Assembly: GCF_018977255.1 (NCBI RefSeq)
Contig: NW_024704742.1
Coordinates: forward strand, 68,760,001 to 68,824,000
Direction: 5' to 3'
Length of the DNA: 64,000 nucleotides
From: Callorhinchus milii
Lineage: Eukaryota
The first letter of the stretch is position 1, and each line of letters begins with the position of its first letter. The notes below the pieces were generated by a model. That model had not been told where the DNA came from and ran no database searches. It was given only the letters and a program-made list of their open reading frames with translations. This document shows positions 1-12,750 of the stretch, piece by piece. The translations under genes were made by a program, and so were the position numbers.

Positions 1-125
1 GTTCCACTATTCTATTAGATCATGGCTGATCTGTTCCTCAAATCAATTACCTTCTGTTGTCCCGTATCCCTTAATACATTGACCTAACAAATGTCTATCC
101 ACTTCATTATTGAAGATATGAATTG
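1..125 (-). mobile_element. CR1-type LINE 3' end remnant
   Basis: Contains agatcatggctgatct and cccgtatcccttaat, the reverse complements of motifs at the CR1 3' ends at 14015-14030 and 54716-54785. Confidence 0.55.
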
Positions 126-994
126 AGCCAGCATCCATTCACGAGACGGATGAGATGTTAAACCGAGTCGCCTGTTGGGTGTGGATGGTAAAGATCATGT
201 TGCACAATTTGAAAAGGGAAGAGAGTTTCTCTTTGTGTCCTGGCCAACAACCACTCCCCTAACCCCCACATAAAATTGGTCTTTAACTCCATGATTCTTT
301 GTAGGATACCACTGTATGCAAATTGGTTGACGTGTTGGCCCACAAAAAACACAATCACACCATTTTACAGTATATTCCGTGAGTCATCTCAATGCAGTGA
401 TAAGGTGCTATATCAAACACAATGATTGTTATTACTACTTTATTCTTCACAGATTACGATGTGTGGTTTGGGAACTAAAAGCTTGGAAGATTCTCCCTTA
501 AAAATGCATTAACAGTTGAGAGTTAGAGCTAGCCAGGCTGCAGTGATTCCACCCAGTCACATTATTAATCCCAAAGACACAATAACTGGAACAGAGTGCA
601 GAGATAATGCAAGTTCATTATGTTGCTGAGGTTTCAGAAGACATGAGTTATGGCATTATTGATTGCACTGCCCCGTGAATACGTCCTTTGTTTCCAGTTT
701 ACGTGATTGAGTACCTGATTAGCAATGATACAAAACAAGCATTATCCAATGAGATTAATGCCTCATCCTCTAGAAATCCTGGAGTCAAAATAAGGTACAT
801 GGGGTGATAATTATCACATTAATAATAACGGCAATCCTTACATTTGAGATAGAGCCTTTTGCATCAGCAAGACATCTCAAAGCACTAAACAGGTTTTAAT
901 GTAAAGTGACTGTTTACTTTATAGGCAAATTCTCATGGATATATTACAGACACTAATTTTCTTAGCTGAATATGAAATGTGTACTGTTAAACGG

Positions 995-1160
995 GTTACT
1001 GGTGGCAAGAATTCTTCCCACTCATCTCCCGTTAATGTTACATGCCAAAGCCCTAATTGGTAGGGTGGTCCTAGCTGGACAAGCAGTGCCTGATGGTGCT
1101 TCCAATGACAAGCTGTGTACTTAAACTTAAACTCAAGCAATACTCCAACACACACCCTGG
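995..1160 (+). repeat. Fragment of unclassified interspersed repeat 'X'
   Basis: gccaaagccctaattggtagggtggtcctagctggacaagcagt aligns with 50171-50215 and 53175-53205. Confidence 0.7.
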
Positions 1161-1164
1161 GGTC

Positions 1165-1575
1165 CTTCTGAAAGCTACTATCAAATCTGCTGCCACCAAC
1201 CTTTCAGGCAGTCGATTCCAAATCGTAACATCTCCCAGGGTAAAAAAATTCTCCTCGTGCCCCTCTGGTTCTTTTTGCCAATTATCTTAAATCTGTGTCC
1301 TCTGGTTACTGACCCACCCACGAAAGGAAACAGTTTTACCTATCAAAACCCCTCATAATTTTGAACACCTTTATTAAATCCCCCCTCAACCTTCTCTGCT
1401 CTAAGGAGAATAATACCAGCCTCTCCAGTGTCTGCTTAACTGAATCCTTCATCGCTGGTACCATTCCGATAAATCTCTTTTGCACCCTCTCCAAGGCCCT
1501 GACATCCTTCCTAAAGTGTGGTGCCCAGAATTGGACACAATACTCCAGCTGAAGCTTAACCAGCGATTTGTAAAG
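1165..1575 (-). mobile_element. CR1 LINE ORF2 C-terminal fragment
   Basis: ORF 1336-1596(-) reads LEYCVQFWAPHFRKDVRALERVQKRF...LFSLEQRRLRGDLIKVFKIMRGFDR, the canonical CR1 ORF2 C-terminus. Confidence 0.9.
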
Positions 1576-2274
1576 CTTGTACGGCTTCAGACACAAATTG
1601 CTGTTTATAATGATTTCATATCATTTCTAAACTAGCTGCTGCACGTACATGCTCTCAGAGCTGAACACACAAGATAAACTTTTTTGCCTTTGTTCTCTCG
1701 TGTATAGGCGCTGATATCATGCCAGCTACTCTGAGGCATTTGGTAGGAATTCATTTTATTCAGATGTGTGAGCAATCCCACGGCAGACAAACATTTACCC
1801 GATCCAAGCACATAATTGAAATCTACTCAGCAACCTCCCACTCATTCACTTTATACAAAACTTTGATCTTGAACTTAGATACAGAAATCACATCAAACAG
1901 TAAAGCGTTGTGTGTTATTTATTTTTTAACGGCCGACACAGAGGCTCACTTAAGTGGTCTAATTGCTCCTATAAACTAAACGTGTTTCCTCTTGAAGTTA
2001 TTTGGATTGAATTGCTGCATAAATGTTTACATGAACTGAGACCAGAGAACTTTGTTCTTCTCTCCTCTCCCCAATTTTTGAAAATCCTCCTAATACATAG
2101 GAACAGGAGTAGCCAATCCCTCAAACCTGTTCCTCCATTCTATTAAATCATGGCTACACTGTACCTCAAGTCCAATTACCTGCCTTTGCCCCATATTCCT
2201 TGATACCCTTACCAAACAAAGATTCTGGGTATAAACTGACAACAAACATTTTATCTGGATTAAAATGCTTTTAC

Positions 2275-3407
2275 AACAACCACAAAATTACATTTATAGA
2301 GTGCCTTTCACATCGGGAGGATGTCCCAAAGCGCTGAACGGTCAGGTGTTGGGGCCCAAGTATGGGAGAGGGGTGTTGTAGGGGTGAGGGAAGGCAGAGA
2401 GGTTAGGAGGCAGACCAAAGGCACGGTAACCAAAGTTGCAGGGTATTGAGACTGGCCTTGAAGGAGGCAAGGGAGGAAGTGAGGCGAAGGGACCCTGGGA
2501 TGGAGTTCCAGAGTGTGGGGGCAGAGAGGCTGAAAGCCCGGCCACCGATGGTAGGGCGGGTGGGGCAGGAGACAGGCCGGAGCCCGATGAAAGGAGGGAG
2601 CGGGCAGGTTGGTAGGGAGTCAGCAGGTCAGAGAGGTAGGAGAGGGCAAGGCCATGGATGGCCTTAAAGATGAGGACGAAGATCTTGAACTCGATCCTCT
2701 GGGGGATGGGGAACCAGTGGAGTCGGGTGGGAGTGATGGAGTCGCGGAGCCTGGTGCCTGAGAGCACACGAGCTGCAGAGTTTTGGATGATCTGCAGCTT
2801 GTGAAGGGAAGAGTTGGGAAGGCCAATGAGGAGGGAGTTCCTGTAATCGAGCCTTGATGTGACGAATGCGTGGTTGAGATTTTCAGCAGCCTGAGGGGTG
2901 AGGCAGTGGTGGAGTCTGGCAATGCTGCAGAGGTTGTGATAGGCAGTGTCGGTCATGGCGCAGATGTGGGGGAGAAAGGACAGTTCAAGATCAAACAAGA
3001 TACCCAGGTTCCTGACTGGTTTCGTGAGGTTGAGTGTGCAGCCATGGAGGCTGATGCTGCCAGCGCTGGAGGTGCGGAGGCGCTGGCGCGAGCCAATCAG
3101 GAGGGCTTCAGTCTTGCTGACGTTGAGTTGGAGAAAGTTGGCCCCCGTCCAGGAATTGATGTCGGACAGGCAGTAGTCCTGAAGTTCAGGGTGGAGGCAG
3201 AGAGGTAGAGTTGGGTGTCATCCGCATACATGTGGAAATTTACCCCATGTCTTCGGATGATGTCACCAAGGGGGAGCATGTAGAGGGTGAAGAGGAGGGG
3301 ACCGAGAACAGAGCCCTGAGGAACACCGCATGAGACAGTGCAGGGGCTGGAGGAAAAGCTGTTTGCTGCGACAAAGTGGAGGTGGTGTGAAAGGTAGGAC
3401 CACAGGG
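2275..3407 (-). mobile_element. L2-clade LINE, 5'-truncated and frameshifted (RT core to 3' tail)
   Basis: ORF 3097-3432(-) has [16 protein letters not shown] and [12 protein letters not shown] 2342-2998(-) has HAFVTSRLDY.NSLL and LHW.PI.QRIEFKI; TTG-rich 3' tail (caacaac on +) near 2273. Confidence 0.93.
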
Positions 3408-3457
3408 AAAGCAATTCATCCGTGGCTACCACAGGGAAAGCAATTCATCCGTGGCTA
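3400..3457. repeat. Perfect 29-bp tandem duplication at the L2/CR1 junction
   Basis: ccacagggaaagcaattcatccgtggcta at 3400-3428 and again at 3429-3457. Confidence 0.95.
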
Positions 3458-5480
3458 ACTAGAGCAGTTAGGGAAAGCATCAAATTAAAAGAAAAAGCTT
3501 ATAAAACTGCCAAGAAAAGCAGCAAATCTGAAGATTGGGAGAGTTTTAGAAACCAGCAAAAAAAAACTAAAAAACTCATTAAGAGTGAGAAAAAGGAGTA
3601 TGAGGGTAAGCTAGCTAGGAACATTAAGTTTGATTGTAAAAGTTTTTACAAATACATTAAGAGGAATAGGCTAGTGAGAGTAAATGTAGGTCCACTACAG
3701 TCAGAGACGGGAAAAGGTGTAATGAGGGACAAGGACATGGCAGAGTCCCTAAATGGGTACTTTGCATCTGTCTTCACCCTAGAAGACACAACAAGTCTGC
3801 CAACAAAAGAGATGCACCAAATTGATAAGGACAGGGACCAACTTAGGGAAATTTTCATTAGTAGAGAATTGGTGCTAGGGAAACTGTTAGCACTAAATAG
3901 TGACAAATCCCCTGGTCAGGATGGCTTGCATCCCAGGGTTTTAAAAGAGGTAGCTTATGAGATAGTGGAGGCCTTGTGTCTGATCTTCCAAAATTCCTTG
4001 GATTCTGGAACAGTCCCCATGGATTGGAAGATCGCAAATGTCACACCACTATTTAAAAAAGGTGGAAAGGAAAAGATGGGGAACTATATGCCAGTTAGTC
4101 TCACATCAGTGATAGGAAAAAAATTTGAATCATTGATTAAGGATGTGGTAGTGCAGTATTTAGGGAAGCACAATATAATTAGTCCAAGTCAACATGGCTT
4201 TACAAAAGGGAAGTCATGTTTGACAAATCTCATAGTTTTTTTAGGACATTTCCAGTAAACTAGATAAGGATGAATCAGTGGATGTGGTCTATTTGGACTT
4301 CCAGAAGGCATTTGATAAGGTGCCACATAAAAGGTTAGTCCAAAAGATAAGGGCCCATGGAATTGGGGGGAGCATATTAACGTGGACTGGGGAATGGTTA
4401 ACGAGTAGGAAACAAAGAGTAGGGATAAACGGGTCCTTTTCAGATTGGTGGGATGTGACTAGTGGAGTGCCACAAGGATCAGTCCTTGGGCCTCAGCTAT
4501 TTACCATCTACATCAACGATCCAGATGAGGACATCGAAGTTAATATATCTAAATTTGCGGATGACACAAAACTAGGAGGAAGTGTCAACACAGAGGATGA
4601 CATTAAAAAAATGCAGCGAGAGATAGATAGGTTAGGTGATTGGGCAGGTAGGTGGCAGATGAAGTATAATGTAGGGAAGTGCGAAGTCATCCACCAAGGT
4701 AGCAAAAACAGTAGAGCGGGTTATTTTTTAGAAAGGGAGAGATTGGAATGTGTTGGCGTCCAGAGGGACTCGGGTGTCCTTGTACACCAATCACAGAAAG
4801 TTAGTCTGCGGGTGCAGCAGCAATTAGGAAGGCGAACGGTATGTTAGCATTCATTATGAAAGGATTAGAGTATAAGAGTAGGGAAGTCTTGCTGCAACTG
4901 TATAGGGCCCTGGTGAGACCACACCTGGAATACTGTGTGCAGTTTTGGTCTCCTTATTTAAGGAAGGATGTACTTGCCTTGGAGGGGTGCAGCGTAGATT
5001 TACTAGGTTAGTGCCAGGGATGAAGGGGATATAAATAATAATAATAATCCTTGCATTTGATATAGCACTTTTCACGTCTTCTAGACGTCCCAAAGCGATT
5101 CACAGAATATACTGTAAAGTGAATTGACTGTATATCTGTGGGCGAACGTGGCAGACAATTGCGCACAGCAGTGTCCCACAAACAGTCGTAGATTGAAAAT
5201 GACCGATTTATTATTGTTTTGTTTTTTTGGAGGGATTATTATTAGGCGTGTGGAGTAAGGAAACTTGCCCAAGGTTTCGCCCTCTGCCTGGAATTGAACT
5301 CAGGTCTCTCGCTTGCAAAGCGAGTGCTCTAACCACTGAGCTACAGGGATGAGTTACGAGGATAGGCTGACCAATTTGGGCCTATATTCTCTTGAATATA
5401 GAAGAATTAGAGGGGATCTTATAGAAACCTATAAGATCATCAAAGGACATGATAGAGTAGATAGTGGGAGATTGTTTCTC
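3408..5480 (+). mobile_element. CR1 LINE ORF2 (reverse transcriptase) pseudogene, 5'-truncated, interrupted by a SINE
   Basis: ORF 3422-4258 (KSPGQDGLHPRVLKE, DWKIANVTPLFKKG, SQHGFTKGKSCLTNL) frameshifts into ORF 4278-4847 ([32 protein letters not shown]); continues as LEYCVQFWSP at ~4926 and resumes after the SINE at ~5348. Confidence 0.95.
5031..5347 (-). mobile_element. tRNA-derived SINE, short subfamily, inserted in CR1
   Basis: Reverse complement has A box TAGCTCAGTGG, B box GTTCAATTCC, CCTTGGGCAAGTT and an (ATT)n tail; near-identical to 17237-17558. Confidence 0.92.
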
Positions 5481-7854
5481 CCACTCGCATAATTTTACAG
5501 GACAGCAGACATTGAGAATATGTGGTCTGTCTGAAAAAACTGTGCCAAGATAACAGGATAATACTCCGTACCCACATCACACCAGTTCTAGCCAGGCTCC
5601 ACTCGCTCCCTATCACCGAATGGATCAATTTCAAGATCTTCACACTCGTTTTCAAATCCCTCCATGTCCCTATCTCTTTGACCTGGGCCCCCAAACTGAT
5701 GCCTGCACTCGACTGACTCCAAACTCCTGCATGTCCCCTCCGTTCCATGATCTGTGGCAGCTTGATATTGTGATGGGAGGAGAGTTCAGTGGATATTCTG
5801 GAGGAATGGGATCAGACTACAGGACTCCACAATTGTCCATGAGTTAGATTAAGTTGATTAATGGCACAGGTGTGGAAATTAGGTAAAAAAGATTCAGAAT
5901 CCTTATATGACACAAACCAAAAACAAAAATATGCTCCAGACATATAACAGAGTATTTCCGTTATAGTCTTCCTGGCTTCCATTGATCGCTCTTCCTCTCT
6001 TTGTTTGTAGAAGCACTTTTACTTTGGATGCGAAGTTTCACTGTGACAACTGGAAGCATCTGACAGTATGACTGCTTTTCGCATAGAGGGAGCATTCTAT
6101 TAGGACATGGAATATCCTGAACAAATATGTGGTTGAAGCAGAAATCATAATAACTTTTAAAAGCGTAGACAAATATTTGAAAAGAGAAATAGTGTATGAA
6201 AATAGGACAGGGGAATTCAATAGCTTGCATTTTTATAACGCCCTTCATGTACAATAGCTTCTCGGACCACCACTGCACAATGGCAGGATAGGACGCTGAG
6301 CAAGGTAGAAGGGGAATAGGACTAAATGGGCAGCTCTTTCATAGGCTGAATGGCCTCCATTTCTGCTGAAGTTTTACAAGATTCTAGGTCATTTCATAAG
6401 TGTACCTGTTTATTACACTGAATTAGAATTTGAACTTGCATAGCCTAGGCTGATATTCCGGTACAATGCAGGGCATGCACAGATTTGTATGACAAACTGT
6501 TCTTCAGATGAGACATTTAAATTGAGCTCCCATCTGTCAGTTCAGGTAAACGTTAAAGATCTTGTGGCATTATTCAAAACATTTCTCTTCCAGTGACCTG
6601 GCGACAATCCTCCCTGGTGAAATATTACAGAGATTTCATGTCTCACCTTATGACTGCAATGATAATATTCTCTGTAACTATATAATTTAGTTTAAAACAT
6701 CATAGGATTGCTTCCAGTCAAAAGTGTCACTGCCGAAGTTCAGCCAGCGCATTCAATGAGGGAATTCATGCCTGAAACATACACACTCAACCACAGAAAG
6801 CCTAATGGCCATTGGAAATTTGTAACAAGAGGGAAGCCTACAATTGAGATGCTGCAACGGGTACTCATTCACTCCGGATTGCACGAGCTATGATATACTG
6901 CAGTCGGCAGGAGGGATAATAGTCTTTAGTTGCGGGACTCTGACTTTGATCTCTTGTGAATGAGCGTAAGGGTTGCTGTTTTCCACATCAGTGGTTCATC
7001 GCCAGTTGAGAGTCAAATGAACAGGGAGAGCAACTAATAGGGTTCAGCTACGGCTTTCAGAAACTGAGCTCCGCTGTTTGGGCCAGTTTGTGTGTCAGAC
7101 TTCAGTAAGCTCTTGAGAGAAGTTATTTCACTTTTTTGGAGCCCGATTTTCATTCAGCTGGTTAGGTCGTTGCACTTTGATGGTTATTTGAAACCAACCC
7201 TTGAATTTGATTCTCCAGCAATTATTGTGTTCAGTGTCTCTGTCAGAAGCATAGAGTGTGACTGTGCTGTCGAGAGAGCAGAGAGAGCACGAGGACGATC
7301 TCCAGTGTTAGAGGAATGAGCTGTGAGCAACAATTAGACAAGCTCGGGCTCTTCAGTCTTGAGAAAAGATGCATCAGTGGGTACTCATAGAGGTATAAAT
7401 TTTTTTTCAAAGGGATTGAAAAATGAAGCCCAGAATAATATTTTAGGATGCATCAAACTGTATAACTAGGTAACTTAGATATAGCATTGCAAAGGGCATT
7501 ATCAGGACAAAAAAAAGGACGTTTTTATTTACCCAGAGAGCAATTAATGACTTGAACAGGTTGCCAGGAAGGGTGGGTGAGTCCAGAGTTCTGAACTCAT
7601 TTAAGAAACAACCTGATGTTATAATGTTGGGACTATAGGGTGGGTGTTCTGGAAGGAGGAGATCAGGTGGGCCGAAGGGTCATCTTCATGCAAACCCAAT
7701 CTAGTGATCGTTTTGGAGGAGAATAGTGAAGTTAGGACCATTGTCGTAATTAGTTTTGATTATTTGTTTCTTGTAAGATAGTTAAATATTGCAGATGACA
7801 TCAAGTTAGAAACCTGGAATCAGGCAGCAAAGGTCCAGCAAGGGGAGAGCTTGA

Positions 7855-8445
7855 TAACAACAACAAAATTACATTTGTATAGCGCCTTTTACATCGGGAG
7901 GACGTCCCAAGGTGGTGGACAGTTAGTGATTCGGACCTGAGCTCGGGGTCGGGATCAGAGAGGGTGGAGGGTAGGGGGGGAAGGAGGGTGACCGAAGGCA
8001 CGGTCGAAGAGGAGGTTCTTGAGATGAGTCTTGAAGGAGGCAAGGGAGGGAGCGAGACAGAGGGATTGAGGGATGGAGTTCAGAGGGTGGGTGCAGAGTA
8101 TCAGAAGGCTCATCCGCCAATGGTGAGGCGGGCGAGGCAGGGGACGTGAAGCAGGCCCGAGCCCACTGAGCGGAGGGAGTGAGCAGGATGGTAGGGGTTT
8201 AGGAGGTCACAGAGGTAGGGGGAGCAAGGCATTGGAGGGCTTTGAAGGTGAGGATCAGGATCTTGAACTGTATCCTCTGTATGATGGGAAGCCAGTGGAG
8301 TCAGTCGAGGATGGGGGTGATAGGTTCATGGAGCCTGGTGCAAGAGAGGACACAGGCTGCAGAGTTCTGAATGATCTGAAGCTATGGAGGGAGGAGTTGG
8401 GGAGGCCGACAAGTGAGGAGTTTGCATTATCAAGCCTCGATGTTA
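7855..8445 (-). mobile_element. L2 LINE 3' fragment
   Basis: ITSRLDNANSSLVGLPNSSLH in ORF 8255-8656(-); same 3' end as 11473-11550 (aacaacaacaa...catttgtatagcgcctttt). Confidence 0.88.
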
Positions 8446-9257
8446 TCAATATATAAGGTATAACATGGGTTAATGTGATCTGTAACATCCACTTGAAGAA
8501 TGGACAGATTGTTCCTTGGTTTACCTCGTCATCCAAAGGATGGCATTTCCTGCAATACAGCACATTCGCAGCACTGTATTGGAGTGTCAGCCGAGACACC
8601 GAACAATTCACAGAGATCTGATATGTATTATGGCCCATGACAAGTTGTAACATCAAGGAGATTGGAACGGTTGGCCAAGAAGCTGTGGGGGAACAATTTT
8701 AACATGGATGGGATTTCAGCTCCCACTGTTAACTGTTGGCGCTGTTTTTATTTTAGTTTGCGGAGCTAATAGAAGAATTATAGATGTTGGAAAGTGAGTG
8801 TAAGGCTGTAATTTAATCTGGCAGTTTATGGCATCCATAAACTATTCAATCTCACTTTCACAGTGTGTGATGTCACCTGAGCCCCTGGAGTAAATTACTG
8901 TCTTATTACTTACTCCCAGCCATTCAGCCTCCTTGCTGGCTTGTGATTTGGGTAAGGTTTCTCTGCAAGAGGCAAAGCTGAATAGCGAATTTATATGAAG
9001 AGAAGGATATTGCAGAAGGATGGGCAGGGCAGGTTAACTAGTGTAAATCAATATCAGAGAGCAAGAGGGAGCAATGTCATAACTGTTTATGAGAGACTGA
9101 ACTGTCCTGAGGGAGAAAGCTCACTAATGCACTCACTGGCTTGCCTCACTTCCTCTTTTGAATAATTCTTTTCAAGTTTTCATTTAAACGTGTGTATTTG
9201 TGTCTTTGTGCGCAATATTTCACTGGAGAACATTCCCCTGGGCTGTTAGGATCACTT

Positions 9258-9450
9258 ACAACAACAACAACAACACGATTTCATTTATAGAACGCCTTTC
9301 ACGTTAGGAGGACGTCCCAAGGCACTGGATAGTTGGGTCAGGACCCGAGCAGGGGGGAAATGGTCAGGGTGAGGGGAGGGAAGGGAGGGAGCGAGGAGGG
9401 GGTAGAGAGTCAAGAGGGGAGCTGAAGGCACAGTCAAAGAGAAAGGTCTT
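9258..9450 (-). mobile_element. L2 LINE extreme 3' end
   Basis: (CAA)n followed by sequence near-identical to 11490-11710. Confidence 0.88.
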
Positions 9451-9639
9451 AAATCCTGAGGTGATGTGGCCCAAAGGAAAGAGTGCTGCCAAATGAGCTG
9501 AGCTGATTCTTAAATACTAAATCATTTGGCAAATGGTATTGCTTATATTATTTAGGGAATGGAACCTTTGATTTATTTAGGCAGCATTATTTGCTGAAAA
9601 AGATACTTCTCAAAGTATTTCTGTAGCATTCCTGTGAGA

Positions 9640-9940
9640 CCTGTAACCTATTGGTTAGAGCACTCGCCTCGGAAACGCTGGGACCCGGGCAGGGCAATCA
9701 ATACCTTAGGCAAGTTTCTTTACTCCACACACCTCTGTTTATCTCACAGTAAGTAGCAATCCAGTTGTTAGTCGATCGGCAGATCACTTTTCCAAAGAAT
9801 AATAATCCCTTCAAAAAAAATTGGTTATTGTGAGTCACTGATGTGCTCAATTGGCTGTCACGTTTCGTCCATAAAATATGCAGTCAGACGTCTTAAAGAT
9901 ATGATAATATGCTATATCAAATGCAAGGATTATTATTATT
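9640..9940 (+). mobile_element. tRNA-derived SINE, long subfamily (decayed)
   Basis: tggttagagcactcgcctc head, accttaggcaagtttctttactccacac body, gctatatcaaatgcaaggattattatt tail. Confidence 0.85.
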
Positions 9941-10007
9941 TCACAGAATAAGATTGATTTGAGAGTAAATTTTGGCAGCAAATCTGCTCCAACAGCCACC
10001 CTCGAAC

Positions 10008-10415
10008 AATAATAATAATAATCTTTGCATTTGATAAGCACTTTACCATGATATCAAAACGTCTCAAAGCACTTCACAGGATTTATTGTGCAGTATTTAC
10101 CCTATATTTTGTAGGCAACTTCAACACCTAATTAGCACACATCAAGGTCCCACAAACAGCCATGAAGTGAATTATTGGCCAGGACACTAGGAGAAACTCC
10201 TTTCTCTTTTCCAATAGTGGCCTGAAGTGAACTTTAACATCCACCTGAGCAGGCAGATAGGACTTTGGTTTAATGTCACATCTGAATGACAGCTCCTTTG
10301 ACAATGGAGTGCTCCCCCAGCACAGTATTGCAGTGTCAGCCTGGACTACGAGCTCAAAGTCTTGATGTGCGGCTTGAACCCACAAGCAGTTGACTCAGAG
10401 GGGAGTGCGCTACTG
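10008..10415 (-). mobile_element. Deu-domain SINE (SacSINE1/AmnSINE1-like)
   Basis: Reverse complement has ctgagtcaactgcttgtgggttcaag head, caggtggatgttaaag and gtgtcctggccaa Deu-type motifs, and the L2-like tail. Confidence 0.75.
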
Positions 10416-11006
10416 ATAGCATTTGAAATTTGGGGGTTGAAAGAGCTCCTTGTCAGGGAAGTGATATCGTCACTTCCAGGAAAAGCACCTTACACCATAA
10501 ACTATGTTTTTTGTACCTCAGAGAAGACCTCAGCACTGATTCAAGATTTCCTGGACACTTCTGAGTCAGTGTCATGGAGATGTGTGCCTGCAGAGAAAGT
10601 AGCTTGCATTCAGTAACTGCTGCTTTACTGTGGTGCACTGTATCAACTCCACTGACTAAGGCATTAAAAACTGCATCCAAAACTAGAAAGGGACGAAACG
10701 TAATGAGGGAAATAGGTACGTTGTAAATGAGGCTGTAACCGTGGTAGACTTACAGCTATGTCATGACAGCACAAAATATAAGATGAGAGCTTAAAAGGAA
10801 TATCTTCACTCGGAAAGTCGTTAGGGTTTGGAATTCATGACCGCAGCTGACTGGGTCCATAGAATCATTTGAAGAGGAACTGGATGAATATCTGAGCAGT
10901 AAAAAACATGAAGGGATATTAGGAAAGAGATGAAATGTGACATTAGTAAGGAAATAAAAGGGATGATTTAGACAATCATAGCAAAAAATGGCACAGACAT
11001 GGGCTC

Positions 11007-11305
11007 AATAATAATAGTCATGATCCTTGCATTTGATTATTACCTCAAAGTGTTATACAGAATATGTGGTAAAGTGGATTGACTATGTTTTTGTGGGCAG
11101 TATGTGGCAGTTAATTGCACACAGCAGTGTCCCACAAACAGTCGTGGACTGAGTGATCAAATTATTGTTATTAATTTTATTTATTTTGAGGATTATCTCC
11201 TGGAAAGCGATCTGCCAATCGACTAACAACCAGGTTCCTAATTACTGCTAGGTAAACAGAGGTGTGCGGAGTAAGGAAACTTGCCAAAGGTTTTGCCCTG
11301 CCTGG
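11007..11305 (-). mobile_element. tRNA-derived SINE, long subfamily, head mostly missing
   Basis: ggagtaaggaaacttgcc, ctgctaggtaaacagagg and gtgtcccacaaacagtcgtgga match the reverse complement of the family. Confidence 0.85.
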
Positions 11306-11416
11306 AACTGGGAGTGGAATTTAGAGGAGGAAAAGATGTAGCTGGCTTGTCATTATATGAGAGCTACTTTGTATTTTGTCCTCATCATTATGTCAGGTGT
11401 TAGCTTTATGGTAGGT

Positions 11417-12750
11417 GTCAGCTTGGCTCAGTTGGCAGCACTCTTGCTTCTGAGTCAGAAGGTTGTGGGTTCAACAACAACAACAACAACAAGATTCCAT
11501 TTATAGAGCGCCTTTCACGTCAGGAGGACGTCCCAAGGCGCTGCACAGTTGGGTCATGACCCGAGCAGGGGGGAAATGGTCAGGGTGAGGGGAGGGAAGG
11601 GAGGGAGAGAGGAGGGGGGAAATGGTCAGGGTGAGGGGAGGGAAGGGAGGGAGCGAGGAGGAGGAAGAGAGTCGAGAGGGGAGCTGAAGGCACGGTCAAA
11701 GAGAAAGGTTTTGAGACCGGCCTTGAAGGAGGAAAGGGAGGAAGCAAGGCGAAGGCACTGGGGGATGGAGTTCCAGAGCCTCGGGGCTGAGAGGCTGAAG
11801 GCCCGACCACCGATAGTAGGGCGGTTGGGGCGGGGGACGTGGAGCAGACCGGAGCCAGAGGAACGGAGGGTACGAGCAGGTAGGTAGGGGGATAGTAGGT
11901 TGGAGAGGTAGGAGGGAGCGAGGCCGTGAATGGCCTTGTAGGTGAGGATGAGGATCTTGAATTCGATCCTCTGGGGGATGGGGAGCCAGTGGAGGCGAGC
12001 GAGGGTGGGAGTGATGTGGTCCCGAAGCCTGGTGCGGGACAGTACACGAGCTGCAGAGTTCTGAATGACCTGCAGCTTGTGGAGGGAGGTGGCGGGAAGG
12101 CCGGCGAGGAGAGAGTTCCCATAGTCCAGCCTTGAGGTGACAAAGGCGTGAACCAGGGTTTCAGCAGCGTGAGGGGTGAGGTAGTGCCGTAATCTGGCGA
12201 TATTCCGGAGGTGATGGAAGGCGGTGCCAGTTGTGGTGCGGATGTGAGGGAGAAAGGACAGCTCAGGGTCGAACAAAACGCCGAGGTTCCTGACTGGCTT
12301 TGAGAGGTGGAGAGTGCAGCCTTGGATGCTGATGGTGTCAGCGCCTGAGGTGCGGAGGCGCTGACGTGAGCCAATCAGGAGGGCCTCGGTTTTTCGCACG
12401 TTGAGCTGAAGAAAGTTGTCTCTCGTCCAGGACTCGATGTCGGACAGGCAGGCTGTCAGACCCCACATTGTGACTTTGAACTCATATAATCGTGGCTGAC
12501 ACTCCAGTGCAGGATTGGGGGTGTACTGCATTGTTGGATGTGCCATCCTTTGGATGAAATGTTAATTGGCCAACCATCCCCTAGATAAAATTAGTCATTC
12601 ACTTCATACTGTTTGTGGATCTCTGTCCAAATTTGCTACCACATTCACCTACAAAATGCACGCATTCCATTTTACTGTATATCCTGTGAGACACTTTCAT
12701 ATCTCCTCCCAAGATGAAAGGCGCTGTATAAAAGGTAAGTGTTGTTGTTA
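11417..12750 (+). mobile_element. Deu-domain SINE split by an L2 insertion (11417-11473 and 12460-12750)
   Basis: Head gtcagcttggctcagttggcagcactcttgcttctgagtcagaaggttgtgggttcaa resumes as ccccacattgtgactttgaactc at ~12460, collinear with the uninterrupted copies at 23940 and 57960. Confidence 0.85.
11473..12458 (-). mobile_element. Young 5'-truncated L2 LINE with uninterrupted ORF2 C-terminus
   Basis: ORF 11626-12546(-): TACLSDIESWTRDNFLQLNVRKTE...AETLVHAFVTSRLDYGNSLL...LHWLPIPQRIEFKI...RAFSLSAPRLWNSIP...FKAGLKTFLF without stops; CpG-rich; (TTG)n tail. Confidence 0.95.

Noticed and set aside
3422..4847. Reverse transcriptase ORFs as part of a novel RT system (retron, DGR or similar)
   Set aside because: Motifs are standard CR1 ORF2, with frameshifts and a SINE insertion, in eukaryotic intronic context with no partner genes.
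11549..12374. Long alternative-frame and antisense ORFs (264 aa, 112 aa; similarly 47675-48241 and 62765-63388)
   Set aside because: Shadow frames of GC-rich L2 sequence with low-complexity Ser/Pro or Gly/Arg translations.
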